This document shows, piece by piece, positions 51,224-64,000 of a DNA stretch of 64,000 nucleotides. Every line of letters starts with the position of its first letter. Position 1 is the first letter of the stretch. The stretch comes from Octopus sinensis (Eukaryota): the NCBI RefSeq assembly GCF_006345805.1, contig NC_043000.1:25668001-25732000 (forward strand), in the 5' to 3' direction. The notes under the pieces were generated by a model. The model made no database searches. It saw nothing but the letters and a program-made list of their open reading frames with translations, and had not been told where the DNA came from. Both the position numbers and the translations under genes were made by a program.

Positions 51224-54019
51224 GTGTTGTGTGTGTGTATTCTCCTCTGACCTTTTCTCTCGTCGTTTTTCGTTCTTCTCCTTCCTCTCCCTTTAGTCAA
51301 GTAAATTACGTTGTTGTGTATAAAACTGTATAAAATTATAGACTGATGCGTTCAAGACATATGTTCACCGAAATAACACGGGGTTTCCGATTGCTTCAAT
51401 TTCAAATGAATTAGTCAACACTGATTGTGTTTCTGCGTGGGTGTAAGGGACCGCTTTACGCGTCCGACTGCAAACTGGAAATATCTTGTGACTCCGGTGA
51501 AGAAGCAATTTACTACAACGAAATCTAATAACATATTATTTCCTAACTTCCAAACACTGAATGGTTACTTTCGTCTAGTTTCTCTTCTACTAAGACTACC
51601 ATCTCAAGAAGCAGTAATTCTTGGAAAGTTCTTGCTAATTTAGTGCTGTCAGCGTAATTACGCTGGTGACATTATCTCAAACCTATTTCCTCGCGTGAAT
51701 GACAAGCCTTTTCAACATTTATTGGCAACAACAGATCAAATTTCGGTGGTTTTTGCCAAATGTAACCACTGGCAGGTGAAATATAGAAGTTGCTATAATT
51801 TACCCGCCGGCAAAGCAACAGGAAGTGCGAAATTATTCATGAGACCAGATCTATCGTTCGATTTACATTTGCAGCCATTTTCCTCTTTCGTTTACAGTCT
51901 TGAAAGCGCGTGGCCTAGTGGTTAGGTGGTTGCACTCATGTTCCCACAATCGCGGTTTCGATTCTCGGACTAGGCAATGTGTTTTTTTTTCTTGAACAGT
52001 GGCGACTCGCGCATAGGCACTGCAGAACTGCAGCGTCCCCTCTTTTCACTCGATATTATCAATAACATTCAATATAATGAGTCCTTTTTTCTTTAATTAG
52101 GACAACAAGGACAGACAAACGGATTAAGCCGATTACATCGACCCTAGTGTTGGCATTCAAAATGGCTCCCTCCGATTATCAGCACACAATTCACAGATGC
52201 TTATATCTTTTATATTTTCCGTGAATTTTTCATGGGTTCAGTTAGTTATAATAAATAGATCTATAATTTACTACTAATAACATAATAGTACTCAGCGAAA
52301 TTTTTTAGTACTCACACATTTTCGTGACTTTTTTTTCTATCTTTTGTTTGGTTGCCAGCGTCAATTTTCTGTTTGGATTGTTTTCATATTAAGTGTAATG
52401 ATACACTTTTATAGGCTAATTAATGTGAAAGAAATTTTCGCTATAAATAAATAAATAAATAAATAATTAGTTATTAGTAATTCAAGTTTGAAAATTTTGG
52501 TAATTTTAGTTAATCGTAAGCCATAGACACATTCATGTTTTTCTCTTTTAAATTAACATAAACATTTATTTACATGAAAGAAAATTACCGGAAACATAAC
52601 ACGTATTGTTTACAAATATTGACAACATGTGCTAGACGGAGACGTTGCTGTCTGTCAATAGAGAGGGAAAGAGTAAGGAATGCACGGTGCTGACTAGAAA
52701 GGAAGAAAGGTAACGGTGGCTCTGCTCTGATTGGCTGTATGCAAATGTATTCATTACTGGGGTCCGGAATTCTGATGGGAAAAAAATTTCGCTGACCGAA
52801 CGCTTCCCACTGTTCATTTCCAGTTGAATGAAATCATGTGATATGGGAGTTCCGGCGTCCATGATTGGCGATTCTCGTCTGCTAGGATCTATGCGTTTAT
52901 GCACCACGCGCCTACATGACAGGAACTCTCAAGGCTAATAACGCAGTATTTAGTGTTCTAACAAGACATCTGTGTGTAGTTTGATTAAAATTAGAATTTT
53001 TAGGAATTTTGTAGGGAGTGTAGAATTTGATAAATGCTCTCTTTTAGTAAAAGTTACATACTGCAAACTAATAAATAAGAAGCTTTCTTTATTATAGTAT
53101 GAATGGTGAATACAGAACAGAATTATTGTTTAAAAGGCTACTCTGCGCGCACACAAGGATAAAATGAAATTTAATTTAATAAATATATTCTCAGGCGAAT
53201 TCATATTTTCAACAGAATTACATCAAGTTATTTCCCCTGCTTATCATTTATGCATGTGTAACAAAGAGAAAAAGAAAATTTGCTTCACCAGTCTACCAGT
53301 TTTGAAGATAATCAAACCAAAATTTAATGAGTTCGAGTCACTCATCCAATGAGTATTTCTGTCAAATTTGGAGAAAATCCGTTCAACCGTTTTCTAGTGA
53401 TTTTGAAAACACACAGACAAAGCCGAGTGATTACAATACCCTGCTTTCGCTTACGCACGTAGGTTTAATTAAATAACTCGCAAAAATCATATCAAACCCT
53501 TGCGCAAAGAGAATTTAGCGCTGGGACTTGTCCTGTTTCGGCAAACAGAACTCATGCCAAACTTCTTCATTCTATCTCTGAGGCACTCAACTATTTATCT
53601 ATCTGTCTGTCTATGCATACACACATGTGTGTTTGTATGTATGTATGTATGTATGTATGTATGTATGTATATGTATGTATGTATGTATGTATGTATACAC
53701 GCACATCACATAGAGACACAGAGGTAAGAACGCTTTCACACCGGAGCACTTATTGTCTTCAGATTTGTGAAAAATTCAGAGAAGACTTACATGAATGTTA
53801 ATCTCAGTGAAAACTTTCTGCAAACATTGATAGTATCTGAAATAAAGATTATAAGTTCATATTATCGATGGTCTATCACGAGTAATTACTCATTTTTCGC
53901 ATCGTTTATCTCTAAATAGAAACGGACTAAGGATTTATTCGCTACTTTGAACAAGTAATTAACTAGAAGAAGAAGAAGAACACTGAAGATCTTTACGCCC
54001 CCATATTGCTATGAAAACC

Positions 54020-54029
54020 TATACAACAC

Positions 54030-54096
<67 letters not shown>

Positions 54097-54102
54097 TTAT
54101 AT

Positions 54103-54134
<32 letters not shown>

Positions 54135-54314
54135 ATATATGTATGTATGTATGCATGTATGTATGTATATATGTATGTATGTAATATAATATTATATATA
54201 TATATATATGTATGTATATATATATATATGTATGTATGTATGTATCTATGTATATATCATATGGATACATAGGTAGCAAGACATAACTATATATATCTAT
54301 ATCTATATCTATCA

Positions 54315-54380
<66 letters not shown>

Positions 54381-54399
54381 TTATATATATATGTGTGTG

Positions 54400-54438
<39 letters not shown>

Positions 54439-54560
54439 TTATATATGTATGTGTGTATGTATATATATATATGTGTGTGTGTGGTATACATCATATAAGT
54501 ACATAGCTAGATAGCTATAGCTCTATGTATGTATGTATGTATGTATGTATGTTTGAATGA
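54020..54560. repeat. Compound (CA)/(TA)/(TATG) microsatellite
   Basis: Direct inspection. Confidence 0.95.
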
Positions 54561-54772
54561 ATGAATGGATGTATAACTTTTTAGATGGAGAGATATAACG
54601 AAGCTATGTAGTTTGAAAGCGGAAGGCGAGAGATTAGGAGAAAGTGATGAAAATCGAGAAGATAGCGATAAATAGAACAAAAGAGATACAGCGACAACTT
54701 GCAGGAAAGCAAAAACAGAAAATCAGAGATAGGAAGCGCGAAATAAAGAGAAATGGGGGACAGAGACAGTGT

Positions 54773-55018
54773 TTTGGGTTTTTCAGATAAATTCGTTCGT
54801 TTTGTTTTTGTTTTTTGTTTTTTCTACTTTCATATGTCTGGAAAAAACATGAAATTTATTCAAATTTTAAAAATGATAAACAAAAGTAGAGGGAAAAAAG
54901 TGCTACAAAAAAGAATAATAAAAAGCAAAACTGCAATAAAAATATTTTTCATGTTAATTCAAATAACATTGGCTAGGAATAAAATGGGGAGCGAACGGAT
55001 TTATCTGGCAACCCAATA
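54773..55018. mobile_element. Mariner-type MITE
   Basis: Imperfect TIRs ttttgggtttttcagataaattcgttcg / cgaacggatttatctggcaacccaata. Confidence 0.6.
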
Positions 55019-55511
55019 AAATGAGATGGGAAGAGAATGAGAAGAAAAGAAGGTTTGAGAAAGAAGAAACAATGAATCCAAAATAAAGTAGGAGAATAGC
55101 AAGAGTGAAAATGAGTTGGTTATATAGAGACATAATGAGAAAGAGAGAGAGGGGGGAGAGAGAACGAAAGAGATAGAGAAAGATTTAAAGGATAGGTAAA
55201 TACTGTAGAAAAATTGGAATATGAGAAAAATTGAATCGAAAATAAATTAAATTTTGTTGTCTCGGGAGGGTTATCATGCCAAGAATAAGCACACGCACTG
55301 GTTTTATTTCGCTTCCTTATTTTTATTTGTCAGTTGATTAAATGACAGAAAATCAATAACTTTACAAAACATATACAAAAACAAAACAAAATATATTATA
55401 GAAATATAGGCGTAGAGTAAGTAGCTTGCTTACCAATCACATGGTTCCGGGTTCAAGTGTCTCCTACTATAGCCTCGGGCCGACCAAAGCCTTCTGAGTG
55501 GATTTGGTAAA

Positions 55512-55611
55512 NNNNNNNNNNNNNNNNNNNNNNNNNNNNNNNNNNNNNNNNNNNNNNNNNNNNNNNNNNNNNNNNNNNNNNNNNNNNNNNNNNNNNNNNN
55601 NNNNNNNNNNN
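55512..55611. other. Assembly gap (100 N)
   Basis: Run of N; a family A SINE head (55408-55511) runs into it. Confidence 1.
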
Positions 55612-55849
55612 AGATTTGTATTTATATTTCATTTTCACACCTTCATCGCCTTATCCATCATTAGCTTTGATTACAAATCCTGTTTAATGCCATTTTTATC
55701 CTCTTAACATTGACATTGAGAGTTAATCGCGAAAGATGTTATTGCAGGAAAGAGGAGGTAGATTTTAATATACCTCAAGACGTTTCGTCAAACATTTGGG
55801 AGTTATTTTTATTCTGATATCTCCCTTAAAAATTAGTGTCGTATGTTTA

Positions 55850-56090
55850 GGAGAGAAGGGGAATGAGTTAACGGGAAGGAAAGGGAGGTAAGTGTGGTAA
55901 GCTCTGTCCTTGTCAGAGATAAATAATTTATAGGGGGGGAGTTCACGAAAAAAACAAAAGACGAAGACAGGTGGTGTACAAAACAAGCATATGTATTAGT
56001 ATAACGTTCAGGAATTGAAAAAGTATTTTGTGTTTTGAGCCTACGCTCTTCTACAGAAAGGGACACAGAAAAAAAAAAACAAGGAGAGAA
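55850..56090 (-). mobile_element. Family P6 element, second copy
   Basis: Reverse homology to 2190-2390. Confidence 0.65.
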
Positions 56091-57128
56091 AAAAAAAGCA
56101 GACTTTGCAGAAACGTAGTTTTCCCTGCATTACAAAATTTTAATTCATCTTGTGTTGAAACTGACTTTTTGTTACCAATTTTATTCCGTGTAGACTAGAA
56201 CACAATAAATACCAGTGGTACGCTAGGGTCTATAAAATATAAATATCAATAATATTCTCAATTACAAAAGCTTCTCAACACAAGCAGATTTCGTGTCACT
56301 TCTCAAGACAGATATTACAATGCACTTTCACAAAACGAATACTTTTCAGGTCATATGAAAGACTGTGGAATGGCTATTGTTCGGTTAATGTAAATTCCTT
56401 AATAGGAGTTATGTCATTTAAACAGGAACTATGCGGTTAAAATTCCTATCATCGCGTGATGTGTGTTCTTTATTCTTTTATATTTAAATTTAATTATGCA
56501 TACATATTCTTTTATACAAAACCAAAAATTTGCTTTTGCGGTTTAATAAATAAATGTAAAGGATTTTCGGTGAATATTTTATGTGAAATAATTTAGAATT
56601 TATATAATGGTTAAATAATTCCATAATTGATTTAAATTTTTTTTAAATACTGAGAATATACAAAATGAATACAATAGATGGTGTTGTAGTAATTATTGTT
56701 GTTGTTGTCTCAGTAGTAGCTCTGATTAAACAAAGCTATGTTCAAAAATGGGTCTAGCCATGATCGCCCTCCTAACTTTTGTTTTTCAGACACAATGTAT
56801 GTAGAACTACATGATCAATTGGTCTTTATTTTTAAGTTTGTAGGGTGTACTTGCAAAATTATTTCAGTGCTATTTCTAGCAAGTCGGCAACATATCAGAG
56901 TTTCCCTCGTTGACTCGTTGGTGTATAGTAGTCAGATTTTTCCCGGGAGATATTATTAGATGTAACCAGATGTTGCAATATACTATCAGATGTTACGAGG
57001 TGTTATCAAATGTTACATGTTATCAGATGTTGCAAGATACTACGATATGTCACAATATGTTACCATGAACCTTCAAAGATAGTAATTTTATTGCAAGCAA
57101 CTTGTTTCAACATCGTTTTCATCCTCAG

Positions 57129-57306
57129 GAATATATCGGCGAACCAGCGGCGGATGGTGAGCACATGCTTTCAAGTATCGTAGTCATGCGTGAAGGCCCC
57201 GCTGAGGAAAAAACTTGTTGGTCAAGGTTCCGGAATTCAACGAAGATTGTAATTATCATCGTGTGTCTTTCATTATTCAACGACAGTTTGCTGCTAACGT
57301 TGGTTG
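57129..57306 (+). CDS. SLC18A: Coding exon of an SLC18 vesicular amine transporter (VMAT-like): N-terminus and TM1
   Basis: Acceptor ttttcatcctcag|G, donor G|GTAAGT, open frame EYIGEPAADGEH-MLSSIVVMREGPAEEKTCWSRFRNSTKIVIIIVCLSLFNDSLLLTLV (ATG at 57165). It resembles VMAT '[22 protein letters not shown]|V', and the phase-1 intron after TM1 is where I recall it in VMAT genes. No downstream exon found in the window. Confidence 0.75.
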
Positions 57307-57539
57307 GTAAGTAAATTCTTGGCTATTTTCTTTTTGGGAAACAAATAGTTTTGTTGTTGTTGTTGTTATTGCTGCTGTTGCTGCTGCTTTTTGTTTGTTT
57401 GTTTTTTTGTTGAGCGAAGCGGTCTTCGTCCCAGAGCTCGCAAGATCGCGGCTCAGGATTGTCTGTTGTTGGAGAAGTCCGAAACATGGTCCTTTGCTAT
57501 TCGTAAGACCCGCAGAAGAGAAAGCAGGTCAACCCCCGA

Positions 57540-59365
57540 CACCGAGAGCATCGATGGATGGATGAATGTGCATCCAAGCTCAGCGGTTGCGTAGGAAGTC
57601 GGGGATAAGAAACAGAAAGAAAGAGTAAGAGAAAGTTGGAGTGAAAGAGTACAACAGGGGTCGCCACCACCCCCTTCCGGAGCCTCATGGAACTTTAGGT
57701 GTTTTCGCTCAATAAACACACACAACGCCCGGTCTGGGAATCGAAACCGCGATCCTCCGACCGCGAGTCTGCTGCCCTAACCACTGGGCCATTTCGCCTC
57801 CACTGCTGCTGCTGTCTTCTTCTTCCAATCAGGACTCACGCCATTAGCCACAAAGAATAATCTCTAATTCGAGTATACTCTAAGCTACTAAGAATGCGTG
57901 TGGCAACTTGAAGATCCACCCACCACACGCGATAGACTGGCGGTTGCACGGGCGCGAAAGCTACGTTGTTATACTCATTCCGTAAACGGTGGCTTTTAAC
58001 GGGTGGAGAGCTGAACCATCCTGGGGTACAGAGAATTCGCAATCTAGACTAGGGTCTGAAAGTTTACCACACCATAGTGGGTTACACCATGATTCCTCTG
58101 CTTTGTGGTAGAAGTAGGAAGAAAGAATAAGAGAAAGTTGTGGTGAAAGAGTACAGCAGGGTTCACCACCCACCCCCGCCGGAGCTTCACAATGCTCGGT
58201 CTGGGAATCGAAACCGCATTCTTACAACCGCGAGTCCGCTGCTCTAACCACTGGGCCATTGCGCCTCCACTGCTGCTGCTGTTGTTGTTTGGCCCCAGGT
58301 TTGCTTTGATTGAGAAAAACCTATATCCAATGTTTGTCCAGTATTTTTATTATCATAATTATTTTTATCATTATTTCTCACAGTGGAGGCGCAATATGCC
58401 AGTGGTTAGGGCAGCGGACTCGCGGTCGGAGGATCGCGATTTCGATTCCCAGACCAGGCGTTGTGTGTATTTATTGAGCGAAAACACCTAAAGCTCCACG
58501 AGGCTCCGGCAGGGGAGGGGGCGACCCCTGTTGTACTCTTTCGCTCCAACTTTTTCTCAATCTTTCTTCCTATTTCTTGAGAAACGCTGCAATGGACTGG
58601 CGTCCCGTACAGCTGTGGGGGGGGGGAGCACATACGCCACAGAAACCGGGAAACCGTGCCCATGAGCCTGGCTGGGCTTGGAAAGGGAGCATAAATAAAT
58701 AAATTAATTAATTAATTATTTCTCACACACGGTGTACCCTGGACTACTACATCATATAATGTGTCAGACCGTAGTTTCATCGTTTCATCCACCCGTTTTC
58801 CATGTGATTTAAATGAAGAGCAATATTTTTGCGACATCAACAACTGTGCCCATAAAATCTGCTGCTTTGAAACTAAAGAATAAAGAATTAAATTCGCAGA
58901 ACTCATAGCAATTATTCTATTTCATTACATTTCATCAGTGAATTATGTCTGGGCATACATTTTATGATCTATAAATGGAATGGAAGCACTCCGTCGGTTA
59001 CGACGATGAGGGTTCCGGTTGATCCGAATCAACGGAACAGCCTGCTCGTGAAATTAACGTGTAAGTGGCTGAGCACTCCACAGACACGTGTACCCTTAAC
59101 GTAGTTCTCGGGGATTTTCAGCGTGACACAGAGAGTGACAAGGCCGGCCCCTTGAAATATAGGTACAACAGAAACAGGAAGTAAGAGTGAGAGAAAGTTG
59201 TGGTGAAAGAGTACAGCAGGGATCACCACCATCCCCTGCCGGAGACTCGTGGAGCTTTTAGGTGTTTTCGCTCAATAAACACTCACAACACCCGGTCTGG
59301 GAATCGAAACCGCGATCCTACGACCGCGAGTCCGCTGCCCTAACCACTGGGCCATTGCGCCTCCA
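57540..59365. mobile_element. Cluster of family C SINEs in the first SLC18 intron (57550-57803 -, 58120-58270 -, 58384-58690 +, 58986-59365 -)
   Basis: tRNA-Arg-like heads ggaggcgcaatggcccagtggttagggcagcggactcgcggtc; the last copy is full length. Confidence 0.9.
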
Positions 59366-59648
59366 CTGATCTATAAATAAATTTGTATAATTGCTCTGGT
59401 CATTTATCACCTTAATTTTATTTCCTCGTCTTGTTGTTTGACCTCTGCATCATGCCCTTGCACCGTTTTCTTCTAAATACTGTATTTAATATAATCAATT
59501 TTCTCAATTTTCATATCTTGCTCCAATTTCATTTCATACGGGAAATGAACGAATTATTTCCCGTGTATTTGTCTTCTCTGTAAATTGTATATAGAGAAGA
59601 CAAGAGAGGACAGAAAACTGCACGAAACAGAAGAGCTTCTGATTTGTA

Positions 59649-59805
59649 GGAGTGGCTGTGTGGTAAGTGGCTTGCTTACCAACCACATGGTTCCGGGTTC
59701 TGTCCCACTTCGTGGCACCTTAGGCGAGTGTCTTCTACTATAGCCGAGTGCCGACCAGGGCCTTGTGAGTGGATTTGGTGGACGGAAACGGAAAGAAGCC
59801 TGTCG

Positions 59806-59865
<60 letters not shown>

Positions 59866-60080
59866 CGTGTGTATGTTTGTGTGTCTGTGTTTGTGTTTGT
59901 CCCCCCCCCCAACATCGCTTGACAACCGATGCTGGTGTGTTTGCGTCCCCGTAACTTGGCGGTTCGGCAGGGGAGACCGATGGAGTAGGTGCTGGGCTTA
60001 CAGGGAATAGGTCCTCGATTTGCTCGACTAAAAGGCGGTTATCCAGCATGGCCACAGTCAAATAAGAGTAATAGAGTAAA
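59649..60080 (+). mobile_element. SINE family A flanked by 50-bp inverted repeats
   Basis: Flanks 59599-59648 and 60085-60134 are reverse complements (2 mismatches). Confidence 0.9.
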
Positions 60081-60254
60081 TTGGTACAAATCAAAAGCGC
60101 TTCTGTTTCGTGCAGTTTTCTGTCCTCTCTTGTCCAGCTGTTCTCGATCTCAAGTAAGTCGTGCATTTTAGAAATAACCATTCTAAGATTTGTCTGAGAC
60201 GACAAATATTTTATTCACTCGCCCCGTTCAGTTTACATCCAATAAATGAATATC

Positions 60255-60489
60255 TATTTCTTTACTACCCACAAGGGGCTAAACACAGAAGAGACAAACA
60301 AGGACAGACAAACGGATTAAGTCGATTATATTGACCCTCAGTGCGTAACTGGTGCTTAATTTATCGACCCCGAAAGGATGAAAGGCAAAGTCGACCTCGG
60401 CGGAATTTGAACGCAGAACGTAGCGGCAGACGAAATACGGCTACGCATTCCGCCCGGCGTGCTAACGTTTCTGCCAGCTCGCCGTCCTA
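60255..60489 (-). mobile_element. SINE family B monomer
   Basis: 23-bp TSD TTTACATCCAATAAATGAATATC (60232-60254, 60490-60512). Another copy at 61851-62075. Confidence 0.9.
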
Positions 60490-60719
60490 TTTACATCCAA
60501 TAAATGAATATCATGAAAGTGGTTCAGAGCATGGGAATCCCTGCATAACGAACAATCGTTGATTGACATTACTAATTAAGGCCTGCGAACAGGAGAGCAA
60601 GATGAAAGAGATGAGAGACTACCACATGGGAGAAAACGACCGACCTGTACAAGTTTTAAAAGAGCTCTAAGTTGAATGAGCTCCCCTTTAAATGACTGCT
60701 TGCTCAGAAGGTTCTAGAA

Positions 60720-60903
60720 CAGCGGTTCTCAAGCGTTTTTATATCCTGGCTAAATCCCAAACCTGGGGGGCTGCATCAAAAAAGTAAAACACAAGTCAAT
60801 TAAAAAATATATATTATATCTATGGAAGGAAGACCATAGAGGGCTGCCGTAATGATGCTTCAGGGCCACATGCGGCCCTGAGAGCTGCGGTGGTGAATCG
60901 CTG
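60720..60903. mobile_element. hAT/Charlie-like MITE
   Basis: CAGCGGTTCTCA / TGAATCGCTG ends; TSD TTCTAGAA / TTCTATAA. Confidence 0.7.
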
Positions 60904-61469
60904 TTCTATAATTTGTATGGCGTGAAAACTTGCATATTCTCCTGATGTTGTCAGCTCATTCAAAAATAGGTCAGCTTGTTGCTGATTGGTCAAACCACAT
61001 TCGTGTAGGCGTTAATATCTTTTTTTTTTTTTTTTTTGGTAACTCTTTCCCTTTTATGGAAATATATTAGGTCGCGATTCTGGACTGGGAAAATTTAAGA
61101 ACTACGGCTTGAATCTCAGCTGGATTCTCGCTACGACTGTTTTACAAGAGCCAATTTGAAAACCAGTTTTACGAGGACAAGAAAACCAATAAAGCTTTTT
61201 AATTATCTCTATGATACATCTTTAATAGGAACATCAGCTCACGAACGAAAATATAATGGCTTATGAGCTTTCTTCATTCTCTCTGAAACACTTGCAGCCA
61301 CAGAACTAAGTGGTGGTTGAAAAAACACAGATTCACAATGTGGAAGATCCAAACCACCAGCTTGATCATAAACGTAAAAGAACGTAAGATCTTCATATTC
61401 CAATGAACAAGGGCGTTCATTTGTACAAGACAATCAATTTACAAAGACATGTTGCGATGTAGTGACTTG

Positions 61470-61830
61470 TGTGCCTCAGTGACCTTGAGACGTAGGCCAG
61501 CAGAGTTGAAGATCCTGGTAGGGTCTCACATGCTGGACAGGTCAAAGGGTGGCGGTGAGACGAGTTTGGATCACCTCTCCCCAAAGATAAAAATAGATCT
61601 GTGTAAGGCCAACCACCCTACCTAGAAAAATGCGAAGTTAGAGAAGCATCAATTACGATACAAAATCAACAATATCTGGGAGAAAAAGATCTTCCCACAA
61701 GATAAGGGTTCCCCTTCCCAACCATCCATACTGAAGGAGTGGCCCTAAGATAGCCCAGAGTCTAGAACAGCAGAGAAAAATTGCCGATGGCCTATGTTCC
61801 AGAGAACGAAGAGATTTATGTATGAGTGAA
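61470..61830 (+). mobile_element. Probable RTE-like 5' UTR and 3'-end fragments
   Basis: gggtctcacatgctggacaggtcaaaggg (reverse homolog at ~32820-32900) and gatggcctatgttcc..gaacgaagag; family assignment from memory. Confidence 0.45.
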
Positions 61831-62514
61831 CGAAGACAATATAACAATATTTCTTTACTACTCACAAGGGGTTAAACATAGAAGGGACAAACAAGGACAG
61901 ACAAACGGATTAAGTCGATTACATCGACCCCAGTAAGTAGCTGGTACTTTATTTATCGACCCCGAAAGGATGAAAGGCAAAGTCGACCTCGGCGGAATTT
62001 GAACTCAGAATGTAATGGCAGACGAATAACGGCTACGCATTTCGCCCGGCGTACTAACGTTTCTGCCAGCTCGCCAACAAGAGTCTTTGGGTGTTGTCGA
62101 AGGTGTTCATATATATATACAAGCATCTCTGCCCCAGTTAGATGTATTTTACTCTATTGGTAGTTGTATTTTGTGGTCTGTAATTTTGGTATATGTAGTA
62201 GCAGCTGTTCCAGACATATGAGCAGTCTTCTGGATAAAAATTATATTTGTGCTTAGTAGAGTATCATCAACTGAAATGTTAAAATGAGGTAACTTTAAAG
62301 CACTTTCAAGATTAAAAACTTATCATTTATTGATGGTGTTACTCTTTACTGAGAGAGGAGTCAGAATTATTGTGAAAAATAATGTTCGTTGCGACTTCAA
62401 GATTCTCCTAGCGGTTTGTTCAGCCAGTGTAATCAACTTACCAAAGACTATTGTATGTTCTAACTCTAAAATATAAAGCCTAGTATTTGGGCAATTTTTT
62501 TCCGATATTGTACA

Positions 62515-62594
62515 TGTGTGTGTCTGTGTGTGTCTGTGTGTGTCTGTGTGTGTGTGTGTCTGTGTCTGTGTGTGTGTGTTTGTGTGTGTGTGTT

Positions 62595-62627
<33 letters not shown>

Positions 62628-62738
62628 TTGTGTATGTGTATGTATGTGTGTGAGTGTTTGTGTGTGTGTGTGTGTGTGTGTGTTTGTGTGTGTGAGTGTG
62701 TGTGTGTTTGTGTGTGTGAGTGTTTGTGTGTGTGTGTT

Positions 62739-62771
<33 letters not shown>

Positions 62772-62800
62772 GTTTGTGTGAGTGTGATTTTGTGTGTGTG
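62515..62800. repeat. (TG)n microsatellite
   Basis: Direct inspection. Confidence 0.95.
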
Positions 62801-63449
62801 TGGTCGTCATGGAAGATCGTGAAATAGTGGGGAAAAATTAGTATTTGTAACAAGTTTATGAAAGTTAACCGTATTATTCACGAGTAAAGAAGGAGTAGCG
62901 ACACGAGTTTGTTTTCTGATATATGTGTAGTGACTATGAGTTTAAGTGATACCGAAAACAAGATACGAAGCTGTGTAGAAGGCAAAATACTTCAAGATTC
63001 ACGATAGACACTTGAGAATTTCTTTTAATTCTAATTAAAGTTTTATTGATTAAAAATAAAAATAAAAAAAAATTAGATAATTCCTTGAGGTGGAATGTAC
63101 TAAAATATAAACGAATCATTACAAAATAACCGATATAAATGTCTCGTTTCGGTTTCTCTTTTTAAATGTAATCCTTTGAATTTGATTTTTAAAACATTTA
63201 AATCTGAGAATCCTACACTAGTTTTGTTTAATCGATTAAATAAATTCATTTAACGAATAACTCATGTGAGGCAGTGACAAGTGTTTGACAATAAAGTTAT
63301 GGAAACTCAACGCAACTTTCTTTTGTTTAACACAGAACCAAAACAATGGACGCCATTGACTGAGAATAATGCGTTATTGTAAACAAATATCTTTCGAGAT
63401 TATTCCATATTCTGTAGCAGTTTCAACAGCTCTAAATACAATAACAAGA

Positions 63450-63464
63450 AATTATGTGTGTATA

Positions 63465-63543
<79 letters not shown>

Positions 63544-63631
63544 ATACACACACTAATATAGATGTATGTATGTATGTATGTATGTGTAATATATATATAT
63601 ATGTTTATGTATGTACGTACGTATATATGTG

Positions 63632-63683
<52 letters not shown>

Positions 63684-63764
63684 TGTGTGTGTGTAATTTT
63701 TCTCTTTGTGTATATAACTACTGTGTGGGCGTAGCATGAATTGTATTGTACGTATGTACGCACG

Positions 63765-63811
<47 letters not shown>

Positions 63812-64000
63812 TATATAATATTATACATGATATATATATATATGTACTAACATAGATGTATATATGTATGTATGCATGTATGTATGTATGTGTAAATATA
63901 TATATATGTATATATATGTACGTACGTATGTATGTATGTGTATATATAAATATGTGTGTGTGTGTATGTTTGTTTGTGTATGTGTGTGTGTGTGTGTGTG
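63450..64000. repeat. Compound (TA)/(TG)/(TATG) microsatellite
   Basis: Direct inspection. Confidence 0.95.

Noticed and set aside
52680-52930. CCAAT boxes and ATGCAAAT octamer as the SLC18 promoter
   Set aside because: About 4 kb upstream across an assembly gap, possibly inside a repeat, and no linked exon was found.
58384-58460. tRNA-Arg-like sequence (also at other family C heads)
   Set aside because: It continues into a SINE body and lacks a proper acceptor stem, so it is a SINE head and not a tRNA gene.
59738-60205. 155-aa ORF on the minus strand
   Set aside because: Reads through SINE A and a (CA)n tract; not a gene.

Overview
AT-rich, microsatellite- and SINE-dense animal genomic DNA, most likely Octopus (inferred from recalled octopus-type tRNA-derived SINEs). 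It contains one 100-N gap (55512-55611). One protein-coding exon is recognisable: 57129-57306 (+), encoding the N-terminus and TM1 of an SLC18 (VMAT-like) vesicular amine transporter. The rest is mostly transposon-derived: four SINE families (labelled A-D here), decayed mariner, RTE, CRE-like and R4-like elements, hAT and piggyBac-like MITEs, and two canonical non-autonomous Helitrons. The main unannotated signal is a set of type-I hammerhead ribozyme folds in five unrelated small elements sitting in or beside (TA)n tracts, usually as fold-back pairs. They resemble Penelope-like pseudo-LTR or retrozyme ribozymes. One family has a compensatory U3-A8 core, and three share a U.U pair at the base of stem II. 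All folds and alignments were done by eye. Nearly all ORFs in the supplied track are microsatellite or SINE read-through.
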